Assembly (NCBI GenBank): GCA_040954595.2
Contig: CM082579.2
Span: 1,377,908-1,441,907 of the forward strand
From: Balanoglossus misakiensis
Lineage: Eukaryota > Animalia > Hemichordata
Direction of reading: 5' to 3'
Length of the DNA: 64,000 bases
This document shows, in pieces, positions 38,740 to 53,700 of the stretch. The notes beneath the pieces are model-generated. The model had not been told where the DNA came from. It did no database searches and saw only the letters and a program-made list of their open reading frames with translations. The translations under genes and the position numbers were made by a program. The stretch's first letter is position 1. Each line of letters starts with the position of its first letter.

Positions 38740-41700
38740 TGAAAATATTTCGACTTTGCGAAATTTGTTGATTTTGTCATTTTAGACATTTTTAATGGAT
38801 TATAGCTCATGAAAAGTGTCAACAGATGAAAAATTTTCGAATTTGCGTACTTTGGTGATTTTGTCATTTTGGACATTTTTCATGGGTTATAGCTCAGGAA
38901 AAATCGACGATTTTTCGAGTTTGCGAATTTTCAAAATTTGGTCATCTTTTAAAAAAAATCATGGGTTATAGCTCATGAAAATCATCGAAAACTGGAAATT
39001 TTTCGACTTTGCGAGTTTTCGAAATTTCGCGATTTTTTTAAATTTTCACTTGTTATAGCTCAGGAAAATCTTCAAAAATCGACGATTTTTCGAGTTTGCG
39101 AATTTTCAAAATTTGGTCATTTTTTGAAAAAACCATTGGTTATAGCTCAGGAAAATCTTCAAAAATCGACGATTTTTCGAGTTTGCGAATTTTCGAAATT
39201 TGGTCATTTTTTGAAAAAACCATTGGTTATAGCTCAGGAAAATCTTCAAAAATCGACGATTTTTCGAGTTTGCGAATTTTCGAAATTTGGTCATTTTTTG
39301 AAAAAACCATGGGTTATAGCTCAGGAAAATCTTCAAAAATCGATGATTTTTCGAGTTTGCGAATTTTCGAAATTTGGTCATTATTTGAAAAAACCATGGG
39401 TTATAGCTCAGGAAAATCTTCAAAAATCGACGATTTTTCGAGTTTGCGAATTTTTCGAAATTTGGTCATTTTTTGAAAAAACCATGGGTTATAGCTCAGG
39501 AAAATCTTCAAAAATCGACGATTTTTCGAGTTTGCGAATTTTCGAAATTTGGTCATTATTTGAAAAAACCATGGGTTATAGCTCAGGAAAATCTTCAAAA
39601 ATCGACGATTTTTCGAGTTTGCGAATTTTTCGAAATTTGGTCATTTTTTGAAAAAACCATGGGTTATAGCTCAGGAAAATCTTCAAAAATCGACGATTTT
39701 TCGAGTTTTCGAAATTTCACAATTTGGTCATTTTTTGAAAAAACCATGGGTTATAGCTCAGGAAAATCTTCAAAAATCGACGATTTTTCGAGTTTTCGAA
39801 ATTTCACAATTTGGTCATTTTTTGAAAAAACCATGGGTTATAGCTCAGGAAAATCTTCAAAAATCGACGATTTTTCGAGTTTTCGAAATTTCACAATTTG
39901 GTCATTTTTTGAAAAAACCATGGGTTATAGCTCAGGAAAATCTTCAAAAATCGACGATTTTTCGAGTTTTCGAAATTTCACAATTTGGTCATTTTTTGAA
40001 AAAACCATGGGTTATAGCTCAGGAAAATCTTCAAAAATCGACGATTTTTCGAGTTTTCGAAATTTCACAATTTGGTCATTTTTTGAAAAAACCATGGGTT
40101 ATAGCTCAGGAAAATCTTCAAAAATCGACGATTTTTCGAGTTTTCGAATTTTCAAAATTTGGTCATTTTTTGAAAAAACCATGGGTTATAGCTCAGGAAA
40201 ATCTTCAAAAATCGACGATTTTTCGAGTTTTCGAATTTTCAAAATTTGGTCATTTTTTGAAAAAACCATGGGTTATAGCTCAGGAAAATCTTCAAAAATC
40301 GACGATTTTTCGAGTTTTCGAATTTTCAAAATTTGGCCATTTTTTGAAAAAACCATGGGTTATAGCTCAGGAAAATCTTCAAAAATCGACGATTTTTCGA
40401 GTTTTCGAATTTTCAAAATTTGGCCATTTTTTGAAAAAACCATGGGTTATAGCTCAGGAAAATCTTCAAAAATCGACGATTTTTCGAGTTTTCGAATTTT
40501 CAAAATTTGGCCATTTTTTGAAAAAACCATGGGTTATAGCTCAGGAAAATCTTCAAAAATCGACGATTTTTCGAGTTTTCGAATTTTCAAAATTTGGCGA
40601 TTTTTTGAAAAAACCATGGGTTATAGCTCAGGAAAATCTTCAAAAATCGACGATTTTTCGAGTTTTCGAATTTTCAAAATTTGGTGATTTTTTGAAAAAA
40701 CCATGGGTTATAGCTCAGGAAAATCTTCAAAAATCGACGATTTTTCGAGTTTTCGAATTTTCAAAATTTGGTGATTTTTTGAAAAAAACCATGGGTTATA
40801 GCTCAGGAAAATCTTCAAAAATCGACGATCTTTCGAGTTTTCGAATTTTCAAAATTTGGTGATTTTTTGAAAAAACCATGGGTTATAGCTCAGGAAAATC
40901 TTCAAAAATCGACGATCTTTCGAGTTTTCGAAATTTCAAAATTTGGTGATTTTTTGAAAAAACCATGGGTTATAGCTCAGGAAAATCTTCAAAAATCGAC
41001 GATCTTTCGAGTTTTCGAATTTTCAAAATTTGGTGATTTTTTGAAAAAACCATGGGTTATAGCTCAGGAAAATCTACAAAAAATCGACGATTTTTCGAGT
41101 TTTCGAATTTTCAAAATTTGGTGATTTTTTGAAAAAACCATGGGTTATAGCTCAGGAAAATCTTCAAAAATCGACGATTTTTCGAGTTTTCGAATTTTCA
41201 AAATTTGGTGATTTTTTGAAAAAACCATGGGTTATATCTCAGGAAAATCTTCAAAAATCGACGATTTTTCGAGTTTTCGAATTTTCAACATTTGGTGATT
41301 TTTTGAAAAAACCATGGGTTATAGCTCAGGAAAATCTTCAAAAATCGACGATTTTTCGAGTTTTCGAATTTTCAAAATTTGGTGATTTTTTGAAAAAACC
41401 ATGGGTTATAGCTCAGGAAAATCTTCAAAAATCGACGATTTTTCGAGTTTTCGAATTTTCAAAATTTGGTGATTTTTTGAAAAAACCATGGGTTATAGCT
41501 CAGGAAAATCTTCAAAAATCGACGATTTTTCGAGTTTTCGAATTTTCAAAATTTGGTGATTTTTTGAAAAAACCATGGGTTATAGCTCAGGAAAATCTTC
41601 AAAAATCGACGATTTTTCGAGTTTTCGAATTTTCAAAATTTGGTGATTTTTTGAAAAAACCATGGGTTATAGCTCAGGAAAATCTTCAAAAATCGACGAT

Positions 41701-44700
41701 TTTTCGAGTTTTCGAATTTTCAAAATTTGGTGATTTTTTGAAAAAACCATGGGTTATAGCTCAGGAAAATCTTCAAAAATCGACGATTTTTCGAGTTTTC
41801 GAATTTTCAAAATTTGGTGATTTTTTGAAAAAACCATGGGTTATAGCTCAGGAAAATCTTCAAAAATCGACGATTTTTCGAGTTTTCGAATTTTCAAAAT
41901 TTGGTGATTTTTTGAAAAAACCATGGGTTATAGCTCAGGAAAATCTTCAAAAATCGACGATTTTTCGAGTTTTCGAATTTTCAAAATTTGGTGATTTTTT
42001 GAAAAAACCATGGGTTATAGCTCAGGAAAATCTACAAAAAATCGACGATTTTTCGAGTTTTCGAATTTTCAAAATTTGGTGATTTTTTGAAAAAACCATG
42101 GGTTATAGCTCAGGAAAATCTTCAAAAATCGACGATTTTTCGAGTTTTCGAATTTTCAAAATTTGGTGATTTTTTGAAAAAACCATGGGTTATATCTCAG
42201 GAAAATCTTCAAAAATCGACGATTTTTCGAGTTTTCGAATTTTCAACATTTGGTGATTTTTTGAAAAAACCATGGGTTATAGCTCAGGAAAATCTTCAAA
42301 AATCGACGATTTTTCGAGTTTTCGAATTTTCAAAATTTGGTGATTTTTTGAAAAAACCATGGGTTATAGCTCAGGAAAATCTTCAAAAATCGACGATTTT
42401 TCGAGTTTTCGAATTTTCAAAATTTGGTGATTTTTTGAAAAAACCATGGGTTATAGCTCAGGAAAATCTTCAAAAATCGACGATTTTTCGAGTTTTCGAA
42501 TTTTCAAAATTTGGTGATTTTTTGAAAAAACCATGGGTTATAGCTCAGGAAAATCTTCAAAAATCGACGATTTTTCGAGTTTTCGAATTTTCAAAATTTG
42601 GTGATTTTTTGAAAAAACCATGGGTTATAGCTCAGGAAAATCTTCAAAAATCGACGATTTTTCGAGTTTTCGAATTTTCAAAATTTGGTGATTTTTTGAA
42701 AAAACCATGGGTTATAGCTCAGGAAAATCTTCAAAAATCGACGATTTTTCGAGTTTTCGAATTTTCAAAATTTGGTGATTTTTTGAAAAAACCATGGGTT
42801 ATAGCTCAGGAAAATCTTCAAAAATCGACGATTTTTCGAGTTTTCGAATTTTCAAAATTTGGTGATTTTTTGAAAAAACCATGGGTTATAGCTCAGGAAA
42901 ATCTTCAAAAATCGACGATTTTTCGAGTTTTCGAATTTTCAAAATTTGGTGATTTTTTGAAAAAACCATGGGTTATAGCTCAGGAAAATCTTCAAAAATC
43001 GACGATTTTTCGAGTTTTCGAATTTTCAAAATTTGGTGATTTTTTGAAAAAACCATGGGTTATAGCTCAGGAAAATCTTCAAAAATCGACGATTTTTCGA
43101 GTTTTCGAATTTTCAAAATTTGGTGATTTTTTGAAAAAACCATGGGTTATAGCTCAGGAAAATCTTCAAAAATCGACGATCTTTCGAGTTTTCGAAATTT
43201 CAAAATTTGGTGATTTTTTGAAAAAACCATGGGTTATAGCTCAGGAAAATCTTCAAAAATCGACGATCTTTCGAGTTTTCGAATTTTCAAAATTTGGTGA
43301 TTTTTTGAAAAAACCATGGGTTATAGCTCAGGAAAATCTACAAAAAATCGACGATTTTTCGAGTTTTCGAATTTTCAAAATTTGGTGATTTTTTGAAAAA
43401 ACCATGGGTTATAGCTCAGGAAAATCTTCAAAAATCGACGATTTTTCGAGTTTTCGAATTTTCAAAATTTGGTGATTTTTTGAAAAAACCATGGGTTATA
43501 TCTCAGGAAAATCTTCAAAAATCGACGATTTTTCGAGTTTTCGAATTTTCAACATTTGGTGATTTTTTGAAAAAACCATGGGTTATAGCTCAGGAAAATC
43601 TTCAAAAATCGACGATTTTTCGAGTTTTCGAATTTTCAAAATTTGGTGATTTTTTGAAAAAACCATGGGTTATAGCTCAGGAAAATCTTCAAAAATCGAC
43701 GATTTTTCGAGTTTTCGAATTTTCAAAATTTGGTGATTTTTTGAAAAAACCATGGGTTATAGCTCAGGAAAATCTTCAAAAATCGACGATTTTTCGAGTT
43801 TTCGAATTTTCAAAATTTGGTGATTTTTTGAAAAAACCATGGGTTATAGCTCAGGAAAATCTTCAAAAATCGACGATTTTTCGAGTTTTCGAATTTTCAA
43901 AATTTGGTGATTTTTTGAAAAAACCATGGGTTATAGCTCAGGAAAATCTTCAAAAATCGACGATTTTTCGAGTTTTCGAATTTTCAAAATTTGGTGATTT
44001 TTTGAAAAAACCATGGGTTATAGCTCAGGAAAATCTTCAAAAATCGACGATTTTTCGAGTTTTCGAATTTTCAAAATTTGGTGATTTTTTGAAAAAACCA
44101 TGGGTTATAGCTCAGGAAAATCTTCAAAAATCGACGATTTTTCGAGTTTTCGAATTTTCAAAATTTGGTGATTTTTTGAAAAAACCATGGGTTATAGCTC
44201 AGGAAAATCTTCAAAAATCGACGATTTTTCGAGTTTTCGAATTTTCAAAATTTGGTGATTTTTTGAAAAAACCATGGGTTATAGCTCAGGAAAATCTTCA
44301 AAAATCGACGATTTTTCGAGTTTTCGAATTTTCAAAATTTGGTGATTTTTTGAAAAAACCATGGGTTATAGCTCAGGAAAATCTTCAAAAATCGACGATT
44401 TTTCGAGTTTTCGAATTTTCAAAATTTGGTGATTTTTTGAAAAAACCATGGGTTATAGCTCAGGAAAATCTTCAAAAATCGACGATTTTTCGAGTTTTCG
44501 AATTTTCAAAATTTGGTGATTTTTTGAAAAAACCATGGGTTATAGCTCAGGAAAATCTTCAAAAATCGACGATTTTTCGAGTTTTCGAATTTTCAAAATT
44601 TGGTGATTTTTTGAAAAAACCATGGGTTATAGCTCAGGAAAATCTTCAAAAATCGACGATTTTTCGAGTTTTCGAATTTTCAAAATTTGGTGATTCTTTG

Positions 44701-47700
44701 AAAAAAACCATGGGTTATAGCTCAGGAAAATCTTCAAAAATCGACGATTTTTCGAGTTTTCGAATTTTCAAAATTTGGTGATTCTTTGAAAAAACCATGG
44801 GTTATAGCTCAGGAAAATCTTCAAAAATCGACGATTTTTCGAGTTTTCGAATTTTCAAAATTTGGTGATTTTTTGAAAAAACCATGGGTTATAGCTCAGG
44901 AAAATCTTCAAAAATCGACGATTTTTCGAGTTTTCGAATTTTCAAAATTTGGTGATTTTTTGAAAAAACCATGGGTTATAGCTCAGGAAAATCTTCAAAA
45001 ATCGACGATTTTTCGAGTTTTCGAATTTTCAAAATTTGGTGATTTTTTGAAAAAACCATGGGTTATAGCTCAGGAAAATCTTCAAAAATCGACGATTTTT
45101 CGAGTTTTCGAATTTTCAAAATTTGGTGATTTTTTGAAAAAACCATGGGTTATAGCTCAGGAAAATCTTCAAAAATCGACGATTTTTCGAGTTTTCGAAT
45201 TTTCAAAATTTGGTGATTTTTTGAAAAAACCATGGGTTATATATAGCTCAGGAAAATCTTCAAAAATCGACGATTTTTCGAGTTTTCGAATTTTCAAAAT
45301 TTGGTGATTTTTTGAAAAAACCATGGGTTATAGCTCAGGAAAATCTTCAAAAATCGACGATTTTTCGAGTTTTCGAATTTTCAAAATTTGGTGATTTTTT
45401 GAAAAAACCATGGGTTATAGCTCAGGAAAATCTTCAAAAATCGACGATTTTTCGAGTTTTCGAATTTTCAAAATTTGGTGATTTTTTGAAAAAACCATGG
45501 GTTATAGCTCAGGAAAATCTTCAAAAATCGACGATTTTTCGAGTTTTCGAATTTTCAAAATTTGGTGATTTTTTGAAAAAACCATGGGTTATAGCTCAGG
45601 AAAATCTTCAAAAATCGACGATTTTTCGAGTTTTCGAATTTTCAAAATTTGGTGATTTTTTGAAAAAACCATGGGTTATAGCTCAGGAAAATCTTCAAAA
45701 ATCGACGATTTTTCGAGTTTTCGAATTTTCAAAATTTGGTGATTTTTTGAAAAAACCATGGGTTATAGCTCAGGAAAATCTTCAAAAATCGACGATTTTT
45801 CGAGTTTTCGAATTTTCAAAATTTGGTGATTTTTTGAAAAAACCATGGGTTATAGCTCAGGAAAATCTTCAAAAATCGACGATTTTTCGAGTTTTCGAAT
45901 TTTCAAAATTTGGTGATTTTTTGAAAAAACCATGGGTTATAGCTCAGGAAAATCTTCAAAAATCGACGATTTTTCGAGTTTTCGAATTTTCAAAATTTGG
46001 TGATTTTTTGAAAAAACCATGGGTTATAGCTCAGGAAAATCTTCAAAAATCGACGATTTTTCGAGTTTTCGAATTTTCAAAATTTGGTGATTTTTTGAAA
46101 AAACCATGGGTTATAGCTCAGGAAAATCTTCAAAAATCGACGATTTTTCGAGTTTTCGAATTTTCAAAATTTGGTGATTTTTTGAAAAAACCATGGGTTA
46201 TAGCTCAGGAAAATCTTCAAAAATCGACGATTTTTCGAGTTTTCGAATTTTCAAAATTTGGTGATTTTTTGAAAAAACCATGGGTTATAGCTCAGGAAAA
46301 TCTTCAAAAATCGACGATTTTTCGAGTTTTCGAATTTTCAAAATTTGGTGATTTTTTGAAAAAACCATGGGTTATAGCTCAGGAAAATCTTCAAAAATCG
46401 ACGATTTTTCGAGTTTTCGAATTTTCAAAATTTGGTGATTTTTTGAAAAAAACCATGGGTTATAGCTCAGGAAAATCTTCAAAAATCGACGATTTTTCGA
46501 GTTTTCGAATTTTCAAAATTTGGTGATTTTTTGAAAAAACCATGGGTTATAGCTCAGGAAAATCTTCAAAAATCGACAATTTTTCGAGTTTTCGAATTTT
46601 CAAAATTTGGTGATTTTTTGAAAAAACCATGGGTTATAGCTCAGGAAAATCTTCAAAAATCGACGATTTTTCGAGTTTTCGAATTTTCAAAATTTGGTGA
46701 TTTTTTGAAAAAACCATGGGTTATAGCTCAGGAAAATCTTCAAAAATCGACGATTTTTCGAGTTTTCGAATTTTCAAAATTTGGTGATTTTTTGAAAAAA
46801 CCATGGGTTATAGCTCAGGAAAATCTTCAAAAATCGACGATTTTTCGAGTTTTCGAATTTTCAAAATTTGGTGATTTTTTGAAAAAACCATGGGTTATAG
46901 CTCAGGAAAATCTTCAAAAATCGACGATTTTTCGAGTTTTCGAATTTTCAAAATTTGGTGATTTTTTGAAAAAACCATGGGTTATAGCTCAGGAAAATCT
47001 TCAAAAATCGACGATTTTTCGAGTTTTCGAATTTTCAAAATTTGGTGATTTTTTGAAAAAACCATGGGTTATAGCTCAGGAAAATCTTCAAAAATCGACG
47101 ATTTTTCGAGTTTTCGAATTTTCAAAATTTGGTGATTTTTTGAAAAAACCATGGGTTATAGCTCAGGAAAATCTTCAAAAATCGACGATTTTTCGAGTTT
47201 TCGAATTTTCAAAATTTGGTGATTTTTTGAAAAAACCATGGGTTATAGCTCAGGAAAATCTTCAAAAATCGACGATTTTTCGAGTTTTCGAATTTTCAAA
47301 ATTTGGTGATTTTTTGAAAAAACCATGGGTTATAGCTCAGGAAAATCTTCAAAAATCGACGATTTTTCGAGTTTTCGAATTTTCAAAATTTGGTGATTTT
47401 TTGAAAAAACCATGGGTTATAGCTCAGGAAAATCTTCAAAAATCGACGATTTTTCGAGTTTTCGAATTTTCAAAATTTGGTGATTTTTTGAAAAAACCAT
47501 GGGTTATAGCTCAGGAAAATCTTCAAAAATCGACGATTTTTCGAGTTTTCGAATTTTCAAAATTTGGTGATTTTTTGAAAAAACCATGGGTTATAGCTCA
47601 GGAAAATCTTCAAAAATCGACGATTTTTCGAGTTTTCGAATTTTCAAAATTTGGTGATTTTTTGAAAAAACCATGGGTTATAGCTCAGGAAAATCTTCAA

Positions 47701-50700
47701 AAATCGACGATTTTTCGAGTTTTCGAATTTTCAAAATTTGGTGATTTTTTGAAAAAACCATGGGTTATAGCTCAGGAAAATCTTCAAAAATCGACGATTT
47801 TTCGAGTTTTCGAATTTTCAAAATTTGGTGATTTTTTGAAAAAACCATGGGTTATAGCTCAGGAAAATCTTCAAAAATCGACGATTTTTCGAGTTTTCGA
47901 ATTTTCAAAATTTGGTGATTTTTTGAAAAAACCATGGGTTATAGCTCAGGAAAATCTTCAAAAATCGACGATTTTTCGAGTTTTCGAATTTTCAAAATTT
48001 GGTGATTTTTTGAAAAAACCATGGGTTATAGCTCAGGAAAATCTTCAAAAATCGACGATTTTTCGAGTTTTCGAATTTTCAAAATTTGGTGATTTTTTGA
48101 AAAAACCATGGGTTATAGCTCAGGAAAATCTTCAAAAATCGACGATTTTTCGAGTTTTCGAATTTTCAAAATTTGGTGATTTTTTGAAAAAACCATGGGT
48201 TATAGCTCAGGAAAATCTTCAAAAATCGACGATTTTTCGAGTTTTCGAATTTTCAAAATTTGGTGATTTTTTGAAAAAACCATGGGTTATAGCTCAGGAA
48301 AATCTTCAAAAATCGACGATTTTTCGAGTTTTCGAATTTTCAAAATTTGGTGATTTTTTGAAAAAACCATGGGTTATAGCTCAGGAAAATCTTCAAAAAT
48401 CGACGATTTTTCGAGTTTTCGAATTTTCAAAATTTGGTGATTTTTTGAAAAAACCATGGGTTATAGCTCAGGAAAATCTTCAAAAATCGACGATTTTTCG
48501 AGTTTTCGAATTTTCAAAATTTGGTGATTTTTTGAAAAAACCATGGGTTATAGCTCAGGAAAATCTTCAAAAATCGACGATTTTTCGAGTTTTCGAATTT
48601 TCAAAATTTGGTGATTTTTTGAAAAAAACCATGGGTTATAGCTCAGGAAAATCTTCAAAAATCGACGATTTTTCGAGTTTTCGAATTTTCAAAATTTGGT
48701 GATTTTTTGAAAAAACCATGGGTTATAGCTCAGGAAAATCTTCAAAAATCGACAATTTTTCGAGTTTTCGAATTTTCAAAATTTGGTGATTTTTTGAAAA
48801 AACCATAGCTCAGGAAAATCTTCAAAAATCGACGATTTTTCGAGTTTTCGAATTTTCAAAATTTGGTGATTTTTTGAAAAAACCATGGGTTATAGCTCAG
48901 GAAAATCTTCAAAAATCGACGATTTTTCGAGTTTTCGAATTTTCAAAATTTGGTGATTTTTTGAAAAAACCATAGCTCAGGAAAATCTTCAAAAATCGAC
49001 GATTTTTCGAGTTTTCGAATTTTCAAAATTTGGTGATTTTTTGAAAAAACCATGGGTTATAGCTCAGGAAAATCTTCAAAAATCGACGATTTTTCGAGTT
49101 TTCGAATTTTCAAAATTTGGTGATTTTTTGAAAAAACCATGGGTTATAGCTCAGGAAAATCTTCAAAAATCGACGATTTTTCGAGTTTTCGAATTTTCAA
49201 AATTTGGTGATTTTTTGAAAAAACCATGGGTTATAGCTCAGGAAAATCTTCAAAAATCGACGATTTTTCGAGTTTTCGAATTTTCAAAATTTGGTGATTT
49301 TTTGAAAAAACCATGGGTTATAGCTCAGGAAAATCTTCAAAAATCGACGATTTTTCGAGTTTTCGAATTTTCAAAATTTGGTGATTTTTTGAAAAAACCA
49401 TGGGTTATAGCTCAGGAAAATCTTCAAAAATCGACGATTTTTCGAGTTTTCGAATTTTCAAAATTTGGTGATTTTTTGAAAAAACCATGGGTTATAGCTC
49501 AGGAAAATCTTCAAAAATCGACGATTTTTCGAGTTTTCGAATTTTCAAAATTTGGTGATTTTTTGAAAAAACCATGGGTTATAGCTCAGGAAAATCTTCA
49601 AAAATCGACGATTTTTCGAGTTTTCGAATTTTCAAAATTTGGTGATTTTTTGAAAAAACCATGGGTTATAGCTCAGGAAAATCTTCAAAATCGACGATTT
49701 TTCGAGTTTTCGAATTTTCAAAATTTGGTGATTTTTTGAAAAAACCATGGGTTATAGCTCAGGAAAATCTTCAAAAATCGACGATTTTTCGAGTTTTCGA
49801 ATTTTCAAAATTTGGTGATTTTTTGAAAAAACCATGGGTTATAGCTCAGGAAAATCTTCAAAAATCGACGATTTTTCGAGTTTTCGAATTTTCAAAATTT
49901 GGTGATTTTTTGAAAAAACCATGGGTTATAGCTCAGGAAAATCTTCAAAAATCGACGATTTTTCGAGTTTTCGAATTTTCAAAATTTGGTGATTTTTTGA
50001 AAAAACCATGGGTTATAGCTCAGGAAAATCTTCAAAAATCGACGATTTTTCGAGTTTTCGAATTTTCAAAATTTGGTGATTTTTTGAAAAAACCATGGGT
50101 TATAGCTCAGGAAAATCTTCAAAAATCGACGATTTTTCGAGTTTTCGAATTTTCAAAATTTGGTGATTTTTTGAAAAAACCATGGGTTATAGCTCAGGAA
50201 AATCTTCAAAAATCGACGATTTTTCGAGTTTTCGAATTTTCAAAATTTGGTGATTTTTTGAAAAAACCATGGGTTATAGCTCAGGAAAATCTTCAAAAAT
50301 CGACGATTTTTCGAGTTTTCGAATTTTCAAAATTTGGTGATTTTTTGAAAAAACCATGGGTTATAGCTCAGGAAAATCTTCAAAAATCGACGATTTTTCG
50401 AGTTTTCGAATTTTCAAAATTTGGTGATTTTTTGAAAAAACCATGGGTTATAGCTCAGGAAAATCTTCAAAAATCGACGATTTTTCGAGTTTTCGAATTT
50501 TCAAAATTTGGTGATTTTTTGAAAAAACCATGGGTTATAGCTCAGGAAAATCTTCAAAAATCGACGATTTTTCGAGTTTTCGAATTTTCAAAATTTGGTG
50601 ATTTTTTGAAAAAACCATGGGTTATAGCTCAGGAAAATCTTCAAAAATCGACGATTTTTCGAGTTTTCGAATTTTCAAAATTTGGTGATTTTTTGAAAAA

Positions 50701-53700
50701 ACCATGGGTTATAGCTCAGGAAAATCTTCAAAAATCGACGATTTTTCGAGTTTTCGAATTTTCAAAATTTGGTGATTTTTTGAAAAAACCATGGGTTATA
50801 GCTCAGGAAAATCTTCAAAAATCGACGATTTTTCGAGTTTTCGAATTTTCAAAATTTGGTGATTTTTTGAAAAAACCATGGGTTATAGCTCAGGAAAATC
50901 TTCAAAAATCGACGATTTTTCGAGTTTTCGAATTTTCAAAATTTGGTGATTTTTTGAAAAAACCATGGGTTATAGCTCAGAAAAATCTTCAAAAATCGAC
51001 GATTTTTCGAGTTTTCGAATTTTCAAAATTTGGTGATTTTTTGAAAAAACCATGGGTTATAGCTCAGGAAAATCTTCAAAAATCGACGATTTTTCGAGTT
51101 TTCGAATTTTCAAAATTTGGTGATTTTTTGAAAAAACCATGGGTTATAGCTCAGGAAAATCTTCAAAAATCGACGATTTTTCGAGTTTTCGAATTTTCAA
51201 AATTTGGTGATTTTTTGAAAAAAACATGGGTTATAGCTCAGGAAAATCTTCAAAAATCGACGAGTTTTCGAATTTTCAAAATTTGGTGATTTTTTGAAAA
51301 AACCATGGGTTATAGCTCAGGAAAATCTTCAAAAATCGACGATTTTTCGAGTTTTCGAATTTTCAAAATTTGGTGATTTTTTGAAAAAACCATGGGTTAT
51401 AGCTCAGGAAAATCTTCAAAAATCGACGATTTTTCGAGTTTTCGAATTTTCAAAATTTGGTGATTTTTTGAAAAAACCATGGGTTATAGCTCAGGAAAAT
51501 CTTCAAAAATCGACGATTTTTCGAGTTTTCGAATTTTCAAAATTTGGTGATTTTTTGAAAAAACCATGGGTTATAGCTCAGGAAAATCTTCAAAAATCGA
51601 CGATTTTTCGAGTTTTCGAATTTTCAAAATTTGGTGATTTTTTGAAAAAACCATGGGTTATAGCTCAGGAAAATCTTCAAAAATCGACGATTTTTCGAGT
51701 TTTCGAATTTTCAAAATTTGGTGATTTTTTGAAAAAACCATGGGTTATAGCTCAGGAAAATCTTCAAAAATCGACGATTTTTCGAGTTTTCGAATTTTCA
51801 AAATTTGGTGATTTTTTGAAAAAACCATGGGTTATAGCTCAGGAAAATCTTCAAAAATCGACGATTTTTCGAGTTTTCGAATTTTCAAAATTTGGTGATT
51901 TTTTGAAAAAACCATGGGTTATAGCTCAGGAAAATCTTCAAAAATCGACGATTTTTCGAGTTTTCGAATTTTCAAAATTTGGTGATTTTTTGAAAAAACC
52001 ATGGGTTATAGCTCAGGAAAATCTTCAAAAATCGACGATTTTTCGAGTTTTCGAATTTTCAAAATTTGGTGATTTTTTGAAAAAACCATGGGTTATAGCT
52101 CAGGAAAATCTTCAAAAATCGACGATTTTTCGAGTTTTCGAATTTTCAAAATTTGGTGATTTTTTGAAAAAACCATGGGTTATAGCTCAGGAAAATCTTC
52201 AAAAATCGACGATTTTTCGAGTTTTCGAATTTTCAAAATTTGGTGATTTTTTGAAAAAACCATGGGTTATAGCTCAGGAAAATCTTCAAAAATCGACGAT
52301 TTTTCGAGTTTTCGAATTTTCAAAATTTGGTGATTTTTTGAAAAAACCATGGGTTATAGCTCAGGAAAATCTTCAAAAATCGACGATTTTTCGAGTTTTC
52401 GAATTTTCAAAATTTGGTGATTTTTTGAAAAAACCATGGGTTATAGCTCAGGAAAATCTTCAAAAATCGACGATTTTTCGAGTTTTCGAATTTTCAAAAT
52501 TTGGTGATTTTTTGAAAAAACCATGGGTTATAGCTCAGGAAAATCTTCAAAAATCGACGATTTTTCGAGTTTTCGAATTTTCAAAATTTGGTGATTTTTT
52601 GAAAAAACCATGGGTTATAGCTCAGGAAAATCTTCAAAAATCGACGATTTTTCGAGTTTTCGAATTTTCAAAATTTGGTGATTTTTTGAAAAAACCATGG
52701 GTTATAGCTCAGGAAAATCTTCAAAAATCGACGATTTTTCGAGTTTTCGAATTTTCAAAATTTGGTGATTTTTTGAAAAAACCATGGGTTATAGCTCAGG
52801 AAAATCTTCAAAAATCGACGATTTTTCGAGTTTTCGAATTTTCAAAATTTGGTGATTTTTTGAAAAAACCATGGGTTATAGCTCAGGAAAATCTTCAAAA
52901 ATCGACGATTTTTCGAGTTTTCGAATTTTCAAAATTTGGTGATTTTTTGAAAAAACCATGGGTTATAGCTCAGGAAAATCTTCAAAAATCGACGATTTTT
53001 CGAGTTTTCGAATTTTCAAAATTTGGTGATTTTTTGAAAAAACCATGGGTTATAGCTCAGGAAAATCTTCAAAAATCGACGATTTTTCGAGTTTTCGAAT
53101 TTTCAAAATTTGGTGATTTTTTGAAAAAACCATGGGTTATAGCTCAGGAAAATCTTCAAAAATCGACGATTTTTCGAGTTTTCGAATTTTCAAAATTTGG
53201 TGATTTTTTGAAAAAACCATGGGTTATAGCTCAGGAAAATCTTCAAAAATCGACGATTTTTCGAGTTTTCGAATTTTCAAAATTTGGTGATTTTTTGAAA
53301 AAACCATGGGTTATAGCTCAGGAAAATCTTCAAAAATCGACGATTTTTCGAGTTTTCGAATTTTCAAAATTTGGTGATTTTTTGAAAAAACCATGGGTTA
53401 TAGCTCAGGAAAATCTTCAAAAATCGACGATTTTTCGAGTTTTCGAATTTTCAAAATTTGGTGATTTTTTGAAAAAACCATGGGTTATAGCTCAGGAAAA
53501 TCTTCAAAAATCGACGATTTTTCGAGTTTTCGAATTTTCAAAATTTGGTGATTTTTTGAAAAAACCATGGGTTATAGCTCAGGAAAATCTTCAAAAATCG
53601 ACGATTTTTCGAGTTTTCGAATTTTCAAAATTTGGTGATTTTTTGAAAAAACCATGGGTTATAGCTCAGGAAAATCTTCAAAAATCGACGATTTTTCGAG

